The translations under genes and the position numbers were made by a program. A model generated the notes under the pieces. The model was not told where the DNA came from, did not search any database, and was given only the letters and a program-made list of their open reading frames with translations. A stretch of 64,000 nucleotides of DNA, taken from Clostridia bacterium. GTDB lineage: Bacteria > Bacillota > Clostridia > TANB77 > CAG-508. Positions within the stretch are counted from its first letter, which is position 1. The number at the start of each line of letters is the position of its first letter. The stretch is taken from assembly GCA_017533795.1 (NCBI GenBank), contig JAFWIH010000005.1:130217-194216 (forward strand). Reading direction: 5' to 3'. Positions 38,772-48,756 of this stretch are shown one piece after another.

Positions 38772-39320
38772 GTGATATATGTGCCAACATCGGGAAAAAT
38801 ATTACACCTTGATGGAGATAGAAAATATAGCGAAAAAGCCTATAAATACTATAAAAAAAGTGGATTAAATGCAGTTGTAAAAAATATCGCTGAATATAGG
38901 CAACCAAGAGTAGTATATAGATTACTTGAACATTATCAACCTGATATTGTAATAATAACTGGACATGATGCCATGATAAGAACTAATATAGGATATTATG
39001 ACATATATAATTATAGAAATTCAAAACATTTTATACAGAGTATTAAGGAAGTAAGAAAATATGATAGAGATTATAACAAAACTACTGTAGTTATTGCCGG
39101 TGCATGTCAAAGCTATTATGAAGCTTTAATAATGGCCGGCGCAAATTTTGCATCATCACCTGCTAGGATCTTAATTGACTATTTAGACCCTATAATAGTA
39201 GCAGAAAATATAGCATTGACAAATTATTATAAATATATAACAATTGATGATATATCAAACCTTCTTAGAGATGGGAAAAAGGGCATTAGTGGTATAGGTG
39301 CAAAAGGGAAAAAAAGGTAA
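38772..39320 (+). CDS. yabG: Sporulation-specific protease YabG (short form)
   Basis: GKILHLDGD...PDIVIITGHDA...YRNSKHF...AGACQSYYE matches the YabG core. It lacks about 110 N-terminal residues relative to B. subtilis YabG as I recall it. Confidence 0.8.
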   Translation: MIYVPTSGKILHLDGDRKYSEKAYKYYKKSGLNAVVKNIAEYRQPRVVYRLLEHYQPDIVIITGHDAMIRTNIGYYDIYNYRNSKHFIQSIKEVRKYDRDYNKTTVVIAGACQSYYEALIMAGANFASSPARILIDYLDPIIVAENIALTNYYKYITIDDISNLLRDGKKGISGIGAKGKKR

Positions 39321-39485
39321 TGTAACGTAATTGTAACGTAATTGTAATATAAACGTAATATTACACAAATCAATCGCTGAAACTACTGAAACTAAAGAGA
39401 TACAGAGATTTGACAAAACATTACCTCTTTTGACTTTTCACTCAAAAAGTGTTAAAATTTGTTCATCTTAAGAGAGGTGATTTCA

Positions 39486-39779
39486 ATGATTTGTAAAGCA
39501 GATATTGCAAATCTAAAAACAGACATCGTGGATAAAGTTGGACAAAAGATAATAGTAAAAGGTTCACTTGGTAGAAGTAAATTTTTTGAAAAAGAAGCTA
39601 CACTAGAAAAAGCATATCCAAATATTTTTGTAGTAAAATATGAGGAAAATAATAGAAATGTTACATATAGCTATACTGACGTATTAACAAGAACTGTAGA
39701 AGTTGATGTCTTTAATGGAGCTGAATATAGTCCATTAATACCACCAGCAGAGCCAAAAAAGAAAAAAACGACTGTTTAA
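39486..39779 (+). CDS. veg: Veg protein
   Basis: IVDKVGQKIIVKGSLGRSKFFEKEATLEKAYPNIFVVKY is typical of Veg. ATG at 39486 follows GAGAGGTGA. Confidence 0.88.
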   Translation: MICKADIANLKTDIVDKVGQKIIVKGSLGRSKFFEKEATLEKAYPNIFVVKYEENNRNVTYSYTDVLTRTVEVDVFNGAEYSPLIPPAEPKKKKTTV

Positions 39780-39795
39780 CAGTCGTTATTTTTTT
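39767..39795 (+). terminator. Intrinsic terminator after veg
   Basis: Stem AACGACTG / CAGTCGTT followed by a T-run. Confidence 0.65.
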
Positions 39796-39855
39796 GCATA
39801 AAACTGGTAAACACTAAATATATATGAATAAAAGAATATATAAGGAGGTAAAGAA

Positions 39856-41391
39856 ATGGTGGCAGATACAAAAAAAGAAAACTTAAATATAAATAAAGTA
39901 GTATGCGAAAAAGAAGAAAATATTACTATTGAAGGAGATATGATTGTACCAGATTCAAAACCAGACATATTAAGTGCGATAAATACAAGTGGAAATATTT
40001 GCATATATAAAAAAGAACTAATAGATGAAAAGTTGAAAATAGATGGATGTATAAATGCGTATATAATGTATATTACAGATAATAATGAAGACAATGTAAG
40101 AGGAATAAATGTCAGTCTTGATTTTTCTAAAGTATTAGATGCTCCGAATTGTAAGAATAATATGATTTTAGATATGTGGACTGAAATAAAAAATATTGAA
40201 TGTAGTGTTATAAATGGTAGAAAGATTAGTGTAAAAGCTGAAGTAAATGTAAAATATAAGGTTTATACTAATGAAAATATAGAACTTATTAATGATGTTG
40301 GAGAAGACAATGACATACAAGTATTAAAAAATACTATCTGTGTTAATTCATTAGTAGGCTATGGAAATACTAAAGCTTATGTAAAAGATACTATTATGAT
40401 AGATAATACAGATAATTTAGCAGAAATACTAAAAGCAAATATTAATTTAGTAGATAGAGATGTTAAAATAAGTTATAATAAAGTGCTAGTAAAATCAGAA
40501 GCAGAAATAAAAATTTTGTATTTAACAGAAGAAGGTAAAATAGTAAGTTGTACAAATAAAATACCAATTGTAGGATTTATAGATATTCAAGATGTAGCTG
40601 AAGATAATGCATGTGATATAAATTTTGAAATAAGAAACATGATATTAAAACCTAATAATACAGAAGAACATTCTATTTATATAGAATTAGAAGTTGAAGT
40701 GTCATGTATGGCATACGAAAAAAAAGAATTAAATTTACTAGAAGATTTGTATAGTCCTACAGAAGAATTAAATTGCATAAAAAAAGGAATTAAAGTGATA
40801 TCTAATAAACAAAAAAGAATAGAAAAATGCCATATAAATGAACTTGTAAATATACCAGAAACTGAAGAAAACAGTATTATTGATGTAGATTGTAAACCAA
40901 TAATTACAAAGACTAATAAATTAAACTCAGGATTAAATTATGAAGGTGATATAAAAATAGAATTTGTCCTAATGGGGAATGAATCCGAAATAAAAATAGT
41001 ACAAAGAACTATTCCATTTGAATTTGCTGCAGAAGATATTGGAAACACTGAAATCTTAGAGCTAGAAACCAATATAGAAGTCAACAATTGTGATTTGGTA
41101 ATAAAAACAGGCGGAGATGTTTCTGTAAATATAGATTTAGTATTTAATATAGATATGTATAAAAAAGAAAACATAAGTGTAATTGAAAATATTGAGGTGA
41201 TGGACAATAAAGACCTTGAAGACTATAGTTTAGTAATATATATTGTAAAACCTGGAGATTCTTTATGGAAAATTGCAAAAAAATTAAGAAGTACTGTTAA
41301 CGATATTGTAAAAGCAAATGCTATAGAAGATGAGAATACAATAAAAATAGGAGAAAAGTTGTATGTTCCTAGGTATGTAAAATATGCATAA
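39856..41391 (+). CDS. SpoVID-like spore morphogenesis protein (DUF3794/SPOCS-type repeats plus a C-terminal LysM domain)
   Basis: C-terminal YIVKPGDSLWKIAKKL...IKIGEKLYVP is a LysM domain. The N-terminal region has SPOCS-like repeated beta modules. Confidence 0.7.
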   Translation: MVADTKKENLNINKVVCEKEENITIEGDMIVPDSKPDILSAINTSGNICIYKKELIDEKLKIDGCINAYIMYITDNNEDNVRGINVSLDFSKVLDAPNCKNNMILDMWTEIKNIECSVINGRKISVKAEVNVKYKVYTNENIELINDVGEDNDIQVLKNTICVNSLVGYGNTKAYVKDTIMIDNTDNLAEILKANINLVDRDVKISYNKVLVKSEAEIKILYLTEEGKIVSCTNKIPIVGFIDIQDVAEDNACDINFEIRNMILKPNNTEEHSIYIELEVEVSCMAYEKKELNLLEDLYSPTEELNCIKKGIKVISNKQKRIEKCHINELVNIPETEENSIIDVDCKPIITKTNKLNSGLNYEGDIKIEFVLMGNESEIKIVQRTIPFEFAAEDIGNTEILELETNIEVNNCDLVIKTGGDVSVNIDLVFNIDMYKKENISVIENIEVMDNKDLEDYSLVIYIVKPGDSLWKIAKKLRSTVNDIVKANAIEDENTIKIGEKLYVPRYVKYA

Positions 41392-42055
41392 AATATATTC
41401 AAGAAAAAGAACAATACTTGATAAAAAAATAATTAGTATATTGGGCATACTTTTAGTTGCATTTACAGTAGTTGCAATTATATGTAAAGCAGTTGGACCT
41501 GTTTTTGATACTCTTTGCAAAGACGAAGCAAAATCTATTGCAACACTAATAACAAACAAAGAAGCAACAAGTGTAATGAAGCAATATAGTTATGAAGACT
41601 TATTTACTATTGAGAAAGACGAACAGGGAAATATATCAATGATAAAATCAAATGTGTTTCCTATAAATGAGATTATTTCTAGTATTCCAATAAAAATTCA
41701 AGAAGAAATAAATAGTAAAGGAAGAGATGATATCAAAATAGCACTAGGAACATTTACCGGAATAAAGCTGTTAGCAGGAAGAGGACCTGGCGTAAAAATA
41801 AGAATTTCATCTATAGGAAATGTAGAAACAGACTTAAAAAGCGAATTTTACAGTCAGGGAATTAATCAAACATTACACAGAGTATATCTACAAATAAAAT
41901 GTGAAATAACTATTTTAACTCCTTTTAATGATATGAAAGAACAAATTAATAATCAAGTATTAATTGCCGAAAATGTTATAGTAGGGCATATACCATCAAG
42001 TTACTACAATTTAGAAGGAATGAATAATTCTAATATTAGTGATATAATTGAATAA
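41384..42055 (+). CDS. yunB: Sporulation protein YunB
   Basis: N-terminal TM helix and GINQTLHRVYLQIKCEITILTP, which resembles YunB. 223 aa. Confidence 0.75.
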   Translation: MHKIYSRKRTILDKKIISILGILLVAFTVVAIICKAVGPVFDTLCKDEAKSIATLITNKEATSVMKQYSYEDLFTIEKDEQGNISMIKSNVFPINEIISSIPIKIQEEINSKGRDDIKIALGTFTGIKLLAGRGPGVKIRISSIGNVETDLKSEFYSQGINQTLHRVYLQIKCEITILTPFNDMKEQINNQVLIAENVIVGHIPSSYYNLEGMNNSNISDIIE

Positions 42056-42126
42056 AATAATATTAAAACCTTGACTTAGAAGTTAAGGTTTTAGTATTAT
42101 ATTAATATGAAACAAAGGAGGAAAAA

Positions 42127-43086
42127 ATGAAAAAACAAATTTCAAAAACTATGAAAGTAGTATTAGTTATTTTAGCAATTATTTTATTTGTTGCTATTTA
42201 TTTTAGTGTTATGAAATATTACACTAATTCACAAAAATCAAATGAACCGATTCAAGAAGAGATTTCACATGAAAAGTTATATGACCTAGCTACATTTCCA
42301 AAAATTGATGCATCACTTGCAACTCAACCATTAACAAATGCAATTGTTAAAGATTTTACAGGAGGAGAGGATTTTGATGAAACAATTTTAAATTACTCTA
42401 ATACACATCCTGGATATGTAAAATTAATTAATGATGAAGTAGATTTAATAGTAGTTACTGAACCATCAGAGGAAGAACTAGCTTTAGCTAAACAAAAGGG
42501 AGTTGAATTAGAAGTAATACCTGTAGTAAAAGAAGCATTTGTTTTCTATGTAAATAGTAAAAATCAAGTAGACAATTTAACTACAGAACAAATACAAAAG
42601 ATATATACAGGTGAAATAAAAAACTGGAAAGAAGTAGGTGGACAAGATGAAGAGATAAAGGCATATCAAAGACCTGTTAATTCTGGTTCGCAAACTGGAA
42701 TGTTATCTTTAGTAATGAAAGGTTTAAAACTTATGGAAGCTCCAAAGGAAAACCTTATAGGAAGCATGGAAGAAATAGTAAATATGGTTTCTAGTTATCA
42801 AAATGGAAAAAATGCAATTGGATATTCATACTATTATTATGCAACCACAATGTTTGAAACAATAGACCAAACAGTTGCAAGTAATATTAAACTACTTGGA
42901 ATAGATGGAGTAAAGCCAAACAATCAAACAATTAAAGATTCTTCTTATCCATTTACAACAGCATACTATATAGTCATAAATAAAGCTGACCCAGAAGATG
43001 CACCATCTAGAATTCTAGCTAATCAATTATTATCAGAAAGAGGACAAAAAGTTGCTGAAGACGCAGGATATGTTCCTGTAAAATAA
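42127..43086 (+). CDS. PstS-family (PBP2-like) substrate-binding lipoprotein or anchored protein
   Basis: QKIYTGEIKNWKEVGG...QRPVNSGSQ motif of phosphate-binding-protein-like domains. Confidence 0.7.
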   Translation: MKKQISKTMKVVLVILAIILFVAIYFSVMKYYTNSQKSNEPIQEEISHEKLYDLATFPKIDASLATQPLTNAIVKDFTGGEDFDETILNYSNTHPGYVKLINDEVDLIVVTEPSEEELALAKQKGVELEVIPVVKEAFVFYVNSKNQVDNLTTEQIQKIYTGEIKNWKEVGGQDEEIKAYQRPVNSGSQTGMLSLVMKGLKLMEAPKENLIGSMEEIVNMVSSYQNGKNAIGYSYYYYATTMFETIDQTVASNIKLLGIDGVKPNNQTIKDSSYPFTTAYYIVINKADPEDAPSRILANQLLSERGQKVAEDAGYVPVK

Positions 43087-44765
43087 TGAAAGGAATTATT
43101 TTAATGAAGGATAATAAAGAAGAAACAGAAGAAAAGCCAAAAGCAGTAGTTGAAATGGAAGAAAACAGTGATGCTGGAAAGGCTAAAAAAAGAATTGAAG
43201 AGAAAAAGGAGCAAGATGCAAAAACTGCAAATAAAAAGTTCATTATAAAATACATTATTTTTATATGTATATTATTAATAATAACTGCTGGAGCAATATG
43301 GCTTTCGATAAAGCAGTTAAATAAAGATGAAGAAGAATTACATACACAAGAAATAATAAGTGTTGATAAGCCAGAAGCGGAAGATAGTAAATACGCAGTT
43401 AATTCTTATAATGAAACATATAATGAAAATTCACTAAAAATACAGTATTATGCAGGAAATGATCAGCCTGTAGAAAAAACACATGGCGGAGAAGAATATG
43501 CTCAAATTGAAGGGCTACTTAATAAAGATATTCAAAATAGTATAAATAAAAGATTAAAAGAAACTGCTAAAAAACTAAAGGAAGGTAATAGAAGAACATT
43601 TTCAGATGTTACCGCAAATTTTGGAAATGTTTTATCAGTATATATACAAAATGAAGATTCTAAAGTAGAAACAATAAATATTGACTTAACTACAGGAAAC
43701 GACATACCAATTGAAGATGTATTTGTTTCATCGGCACCACTAAATTCATATATTATGGAGGGGGTATTTGAGAGTTTAGCATGGGATAAATTAAATTCAA
43801 ATTATGAAACAATATTTGGAAGACTTGATATGAATAATGTTGACACATCAGAATATGAAGATATAGCTTTAAAAGTAGTAAACAATTATAAAACTAAAGG
43901 GAAAAACGTAAAATATTACATAACAACTACAGGAATAAGAATCTATGAAATAACAGATAAAAGCATGTATAATTTAGAGTATGGAGATTTTTCTAACATA
44001 GGTATTGACTTTTTAGGACGTAGAGAAGATGTCGCAATTTATAAAAGATACTTAACAACCAAAAGCATATTTGAAAATGATAGCATAGGCGGAAAGAATA
44101 TTATTGTATTTACAGACAATATATATGATGATAAATACATGTATAATTTGGCATATGGACAAGAAGATAATGTGTTTGTGGAAGAAGCGTTAATATATTA
44201 TGCAAATGAATTAGACAAAGATAATAGTAGCTATGAAGCAATAAAAAATTATTTAAAAAATAAAATAAATGAAGACAAGCAAAGAATAAAGTCACAAACA
44301 GATAAAAATATGGGAGCTTTTTATCAAAAGGAAGTACAATTAACTAAATCAGAAAATTACTATTGTGCTTCTATAATTGAATATCAAGCAACATGTGATA
44401 TTTCTTACTTTAAAGATGAAGCATTTAAAGATTATGCAAAGATGCAAAATGAATCTAGAAATGAAGTTGGTATGAATGCTTTTACAGAATACAATAAAGA
44501 TGAGTATCCAAATTTAATTATTTCAAATATGAAAACAAGTGAAATGTACTTTGACTTAGAAGGCAACTTTATTGGAACTACAGAAGCAGAGGCTAAAGAA
44601 AAAACAAAAACAGAGAAAAAGGAAGTAACAACTGAAAAAAACACAGTTAATGAAAATACAACTAATACAACTACTACAAATACAACCATTAATGAAAATA
44701 AAAATGAGGTAAATAATAATATAGTAAATGAGACAAAAGTAGAAAACAATGTAATTGAAAACTAA
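43086..44765 (+). CDS. Hypothetical membrane-anchored protein (559 aa)
   Basis: Charged N-terminus, one TM helix, a large extracytoplasmic domain and an Asn/Thr-rich tail. The start codon is uncertain. Confidence 0.5.
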   Translation: MKGIILMKDNKEETEEKPKAVVEMEENSDAGKAKKRIEEKKEQDAKTANKKFIIKYIIFICILLIITAGAIWLSIKQLNKDEEELHTQEIISVDKPEAEDSKYAVNSYNETYNENSLKIQYYAGNDQPVEKTHGGEEYAQIEGLLNKDIQNSINKRLKETAKKLKEGNRRTFSDVTANFGNVLSVYIQNEDSKVETINIDLTTGNDIPIEDVFVSSAPLNSYIMEGVFESLAWDKLNSNYETIFGRLDMNNVDTSEYEDIALKVVNNYKTKGKNVKYYITTTGIRIYEITDKSMYNLEYGDFSNIGIDFLGRREDVAIYKRYLTTKSIFENDSIGGKNIIVFTDNIYDDKYMYNLAYGQEDNVFVEEALIYYANELDKDNSSYEAIKNYLKNKINEDKQRIKSQTDKNMGAFYQKEVQLTKSENYYCASIIEYQATCDISYFKDEAFKDYAKMQNESRNEVGMNAFTEYNKDEYPNLIISNMKTSEMYFDLEGNFIGTTEAEAKEKTKTEKKEVTTEKNTVNENTTNTTTTNTTINENKNEVNNNIVNETKVENNVIEN

Positions 44766-44770
44766 AAAAA

Positions 44771-44804
44771 GTTCCCTCTCTACAATAGAATGTAGAGGGG
44801 GAAC
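44771..44804. terminator. Hairpin between convergent genes
   Basis: Stem GTTCCCTCTCTACA / TGTAGAGGGGGAAC (one mismatch), with A7 on the left side. Confidence 0.55.
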
Positions 44805-44816
44805 TGGCCTTTTGAC

Positions 44817-45221
44817 TTATAAATCAAAGAACAATGTTTCAAAGTGTTCTTTGCCATCGAGTATGCCATAAATAATTATAGCATATGCGAATGGATGGAT
44901 TGTACAAGCAATTTGGTCATTAAATCTGTTCTTCATCATAAAAATATTAGATGGATTTACCCAAAGATATTTATTTCTTATATTTGCTACAACATTATTA
45001 TAAGAAAGACTTTTAGGAATACTAAGATTTAATGGTAAATCAAATTGCTTAAATACTTTCCCAAATTGAAACTCACAGTATGACACTAGTTTGTCTCCGT
45101 TAGGAGAAAGTGACAAAAAAACTTGTACTTTATCATCTGTTATTCGTTTTGTAAAATCACCTGGTACTTCAATCCACGTTGCTCCATTTTCTCTCAAAAT
45201 GTCAAATACAGCCTTTCCCAT
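44817..45221 (-). CDS. Hypothetical protein (134 aa)
   Basis: ATG at 45221 lies 5 nt after AGGAG. No recognisable motif. Confidence 0.5.
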   Translation of the reverse strand: MGKAVFDILRENGATWIEVPGDFTKRITDDKVQVFLSLSPNGDKLVSYCEFQFGKVFKQFDLPLNLSIPKSLSYNNVVANIRNKYLWVNPSNIFMMKNRFNDQIACTIHPFAYAIIIYGILDGKEHFETLFFDL

Positions 45222-45358
45222 AAGCACTCCTTTCTAATTAGAGTATTAACAAGTGCATGGGACAAAAGAAATAGCGATATTTCGCATTTCATATATATTA
45301 TAACAAATTTTACATAATGTGTCAAAGAGCAAACTAAAAGGTTATTCCTACTAAAATT

Positions 45359-45489
45359 ATACAGGTGGATTATATCATGAAATCTAATTGAATTAATGAA
45401 GAATTTATTATATAATTAGCCTAATAAAGAAAATTGGATATTTTATTTAATATATGCACGTAATATTGTAATCTTGCGAACAAGTTAAA
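45359..45489 (+). repeat. Duplicated promoter-leader module, copy 1 (about 93% identical to 49038-49167)
   Basis: Contains TTGAAT (45388-45393), a 17-nt spacer and TATAAT (45411-45416). Conservation continues about 65 nt into the 5' UTR. Confidence 0.8.
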
Positions 45490-45523
45490 TAAAGGAAGTA
45501 ACATTTTTAAAGGGGGATTTTAA

Positions 45524-46267
45524 ATGAACGAATATATCAATTTAACAATAGATAATATTGATGAAGAACATATTTGTTGTGCAATAGGAGATCCAAAACA
45601 TCAAGAAGGTGTTGATTGCAAAAAAGAATGGATTAAGAATAAATTAAAAGATGGGCATGTTTTTCGAAAATTAAATGCAAGAGGCAAAATTTTTATTGAA
45701 TACGAACCATTAGAAACTTCATGGGTTCCTATTAGTGGTAAAAATTATGAATACATATATTGCTTATGGGTCGCAGGTCGTTTTAAAGATAAGGGAATTG
45801 GAAAAGAATTATTAGAATATGCAATAAATGACGCTAAAGAGAATGGAAAAAGTGGTATTTGTACTTTGGCTTCTAAAAAGAAGAAACCATTTTTAGGAGA
45901 AAAGAGATTTTTTGAACATTTTGGATTTAAAGTAGTTGATAGTATAGGAGATTATGAACTATTAGCATTACAATTTCAAAATACTGAAACACCTAAATTT
46001 AATTATAGTGCAAGAGCTATGAAAATTGATAATCAAGATTTCACAATTTATTATAGCAACGAATGTCCTTATGTAGAATATGAGGTTAAAGAACTTTCAG
46101 ACTATGCTAAAGAAAAGAATATCAAACTAAATTTTATAAAGATAGATTCATTAGAAAAAGCAAAAAATGCACCTTGTATATTTAATAACTGGGCTAACTT
46201 TTATAAAGGAGAATTTATATCTAATACAATATTAAATGCAAATTCTTTAGAAAAACTATTAAAATAA
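45524..46267 (+). CDS. GNAT-family N-acetyltransferase with a YoaP-like C-terminal domain
   Basis: CLWVAGRFKDKGIGKELLEYAI (acetyl-CoA binding motif A). The Cys-containing C-terminal domain resembles YoaP. Confidence 0.7.
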   Translation: MNEYINLTIDNIDEEHICCAIGDPKHQEGVDCKKEWIKNKLKDGHVFRKLNARGKIFIEYEPLETSWVPISGKNYEYIYCLWVAGRFKDKGIGKELLEYAINDAKENGKSGICTLASKKKKPFLGEKRFFEHFGFKVVDSIGDYELLALQFQNTETPKFNYSARAMKIDNQDFTIYYSNECPYVEYEVKELSDYAKEKNIKLNFIKIDSLEKAKNAPCIFNNWANFYKGEFISNTILNANSLEKLLK

Positions 46268-46286
46268 AAATATGGAGATATAAAAT

Positions 46287-46958
46287 ATGAATATAAAATT
46301 ATTTATACAAGCAATAATAAAATATGCATTTGGTGTTTTAATTGTAGGTGGCTTATTGTTTATTCCTGCAAAATCATTTGAATACTGGAATGGTTGGTTA
46401 TTTATGGGATTACTATTTATTCCTATGTTTGTAGCAGGGATTATTCTAATGATAAAAAATCCAGAATTATTAAGAAAAAGATTAAATTCTAAAGAACAAG
46501 AAAATGAACAAAAGTGGGTTTTATTATTTAGCGGTTTAATGTTTATAGCAGGTTTTATTGTTGCAGGATTAAATTATAGATATAAATGGATAGAAATGCC
46601 TAATACCATCACAATTATATCTTCAATTCTATTTATAATTGCATACATATTATATGCAGAAGTATTGAGAGAAAATACTTTCCTTTCTCGTACTATTGAA
46701 GTACAAGAAAATCAAAAAGTTATTGATACAGGGTTATATGGATACGTTCGACATCCTATGTATGCAGCAACAGTATTATTATTTTTAACAATGCCATTGA
46801 TATTAGGTTCTATTATCTCTTTTATTATTTTTTTAATCTATCCTATTATTATCGGAAAAAGAATAAACAATGAGGAAAAAGTACTAGAAAAAGATTTAAA
46901 AGGATACACAGAATATAAGAAAAAAGTTAAATATAAAGTGATTCCATTTGTATGGTAA
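46287..46958 (+). CDS. Isoprenylcysteine carboxyl methyltransferase (ICMT/PEMT) family membrane protein
   Basis: GLYGYVRHPMYAATVLLF motif and 5 TM helices. Confidence 0.75.
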   Translation: MNIKLFIQAIIKYAFGVLIVGGLLFIPAKSFEYWNGWLFMGLLFIPMFVAGIILMIKNPELLRKRLNSKEQENEQKWVLLFSGLMFIAGFIVAGLNYRYKWIEMPNTITIISSILFIIAYILYAEVLRENTFLSRTIEVQENQKVIDTGLYGYVRHPMYAATVLLFLTMPLILGSIISFIIFLIYPIIIGKRINNEEKVLEKDLKGYTEYKKKVKYKVIPFVW

Positions 46959-47088
46959 AAATAAAATAGTAATTTGTCGCTCAGATTACTAAATGCTACG
47001 ATAAGTAGCATAAAAAATTAAATTGTAAACTGATTTTGCTTGTATATAATTAGGAAAAATGTAAAATGGACTAAAGGGAGTGATAAAA

Positions 47089-47925
47089 ATGTTATTTAAT
47101 GAAAAATTAAAAATGCTAAGGAAAGAGAATAATCTAACACAAGAGGAACTGGCAGAAAAATTAAACGTTTCTAGACAAGCTATAACTAAATGGGAGAGTG
47201 GTGACGGAACACCCGATATTGAAAATCTGAAACAAATTAGTATATTATTTACTACTACTATTGATGAATTAATAAAAGAGGATAAGATTGTAGTATCTGA
47301 AATTAAGGAAAAATACTCTTATATTGAAGAATTAGAAATTGATCATATAAAACATTTTGACATTCATATTTGTAAAATCAATGAATTAAATATTATGCCA
47401 AATTTTGAGGAAAAAGTTAAAATAGAATTATTTTCAAATGAACAAGAAAATTTAGAAGAAAGTTTTAAAGTTAGATATGATAATTTATATAATAAATTAG
47501 ATATTGATATTAAAGAAAGAAAACAAATTCAAGATATTACTATTAATATGTTTTTACCAGAAAAATATATTAATGATATAGAATTAAATTCAAAAATGAA
47601 AATATTAAATATATCAAATTTAGAATTAAATAAGTTAGAATATGATGGCGATTTAAAATATTTAAATGTAAAAAATTCAAAAGGAGAAATCGTATTAAAT
47701 ACGACAAAATGTGATATAGAAGCAAACTATGATAAATTAGAAGGAATGCTAGAAGTAAATACAATTAATTCAGTAGCTAGAGTAGAAATTCCTAAAGGTA
47801 CAGAATATAAAACAATAATAAAAGGTATTAATAATGAACTTATTGATGCAGTTAATACAGAAAATTCTAATAATGTAATTGAATTAAATGGAATGAATAG
47901 TAAGCTAATTATTATTGAAAAATAA
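47089..47925 (+). CDS. XRE-family HTH transcriptional regulator with an extended C-terminal domain
   Basis: LKMLRKENNLTQEELAEKLNVSRQAITKWESG is a canonical HTH_3 motif. Confidence 0.85.
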   Translation: MLFNEKLKMLRKENNLTQEELAEKLNVSRQAITKWESGDGTPDIENLKQISILFTTTIDELIKEDKIVVSEIKEKYSYIEELEIDHIKHFDIHICKINELNIMPNFEEKVKIELFSNEQENLEESFKVRYDNLYNKLDIDIKERKQIQDITINMFLPEKYINDIELNSKMKILNISNLELNKLEYDGDLKYLNVKNSKGEIVLNTTKCDIEANYDKLEGMLEVNTINSVARVEIPKGTEYKTIIKGINNELIDAVNTENSNNVIELNGMNSKLIIIEK

Positions 47926-47979
47926 AATTTGCTTGTGAATTGACTATTTATGCTACAATGCACACCGAAGGGAGAGAAA

Positions 47980-48321
47980 ATGGAACATATTTTAAAATTA
48001 CAACCTGAATATTTTGATTATATAAACAATGGGACAAAAAGGATAGAGTTAAGGTTATATGATGAAAAAAGACAGAAAATCAATATAGGAGATACCATTA
48101 TTTTAAAAAAAGAACCAGAATTAGAAATTTCTATGAAAGTAAAAGTTGTAGGACTATTACGATATAATAAATTTGAAGAACTATTTGAGGATTTTGATAT
48201 AGAAATAATGGCTGATAAATCAATGACAAAGCAAGAGTTATTAGATGTATTAGAAGAATTTTATACACCAGAGAAACAAGAACAATATGGTGTTTTGGGA
48301 ATACGTATTGAAAAAGAATAA
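47980..48321 (+). CDS. ASCH domain protein
   Basis: LKLQPEYFDYINNGTKRIELRLYDEKRQKINIGDTI resembles the ASCH signature. ATG follows GGGAGAG. Confidence 0.7.
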   Translation: MEHILKLQPEYFDYINNGTKRIELRLYDEKRQKINIGDTIILKKEPELEISMKVKVVGLLRYNKFEELFEDFDIEIMADKSMTKQELLDVLEEFYTPEKQEQYGVLGIRIEKE

Positions 48322-48323
48322 TT

Positions 48324-48367
48324 AAAAACACACTCAAAAATTCAGTTGAATCTAAGAGTGTGTTTTT
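48324..48367 (+). terminator. Intrinsic terminator
   Basis: 12-bp stem AAAAACACACTC / GAGTGTGTTTTT. Confidence 0.7.
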
Positions 48368-48636
48368 GTTGTAAATGGACAGATTAAGAATCACTTAGGA
48401 AGTTTACCGTTGTACACCAATAAAGCTGATGATTACTGATAAGAGAACTTAAAGTATAAATTCTTACTTCATTCGTCTGTTTCCGAAGTTCAAATACATA
48501 AGAGACTTTTTGTATATTGTAAGATTATTACATATTAGCAGTAAATAGAGCTAAACAGAGGTTATAAAATAATTATTTAAAATAAGTAAGGTCATATCAA
48601 AATAAATAAGAAATAGGCTTTTATAAGATGAATATG

Positions 48637-48665
48637 TTGACTTTTTTATAAAAAAAGTGTATAAT
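48637..48665 (+). promoter_or_regulatory. Consensus promoter driving a short noncoding transcript
   Basis: TTGACT (48637-48642), 17-nt spacer, TATAAT (48660-48665). Confidence 0.6.
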
Positions 48666-48671
48666 AAAAAT

Positions 48672-48756
48672 AGAAAATGAGAACCACAAAGTGGTTGCCA
48701 CGAAAAAAGTTAAAAATAAACCATTTCACTCGGCAAAGCAGAATGGTTTATTTTTT
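48672..48756 (+). ncRNA. Candidate antitoxin sRNA (about 85 nt) convergent with the small hydrophobic ORF
   Basis: Runs from the consensus promoter to a 14-bp terminator hairpin (48712-48755) plus T6. 5' hairpin AACCAC/GTGGTT. No SD or plausible ORF. Confidence 0.4.
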
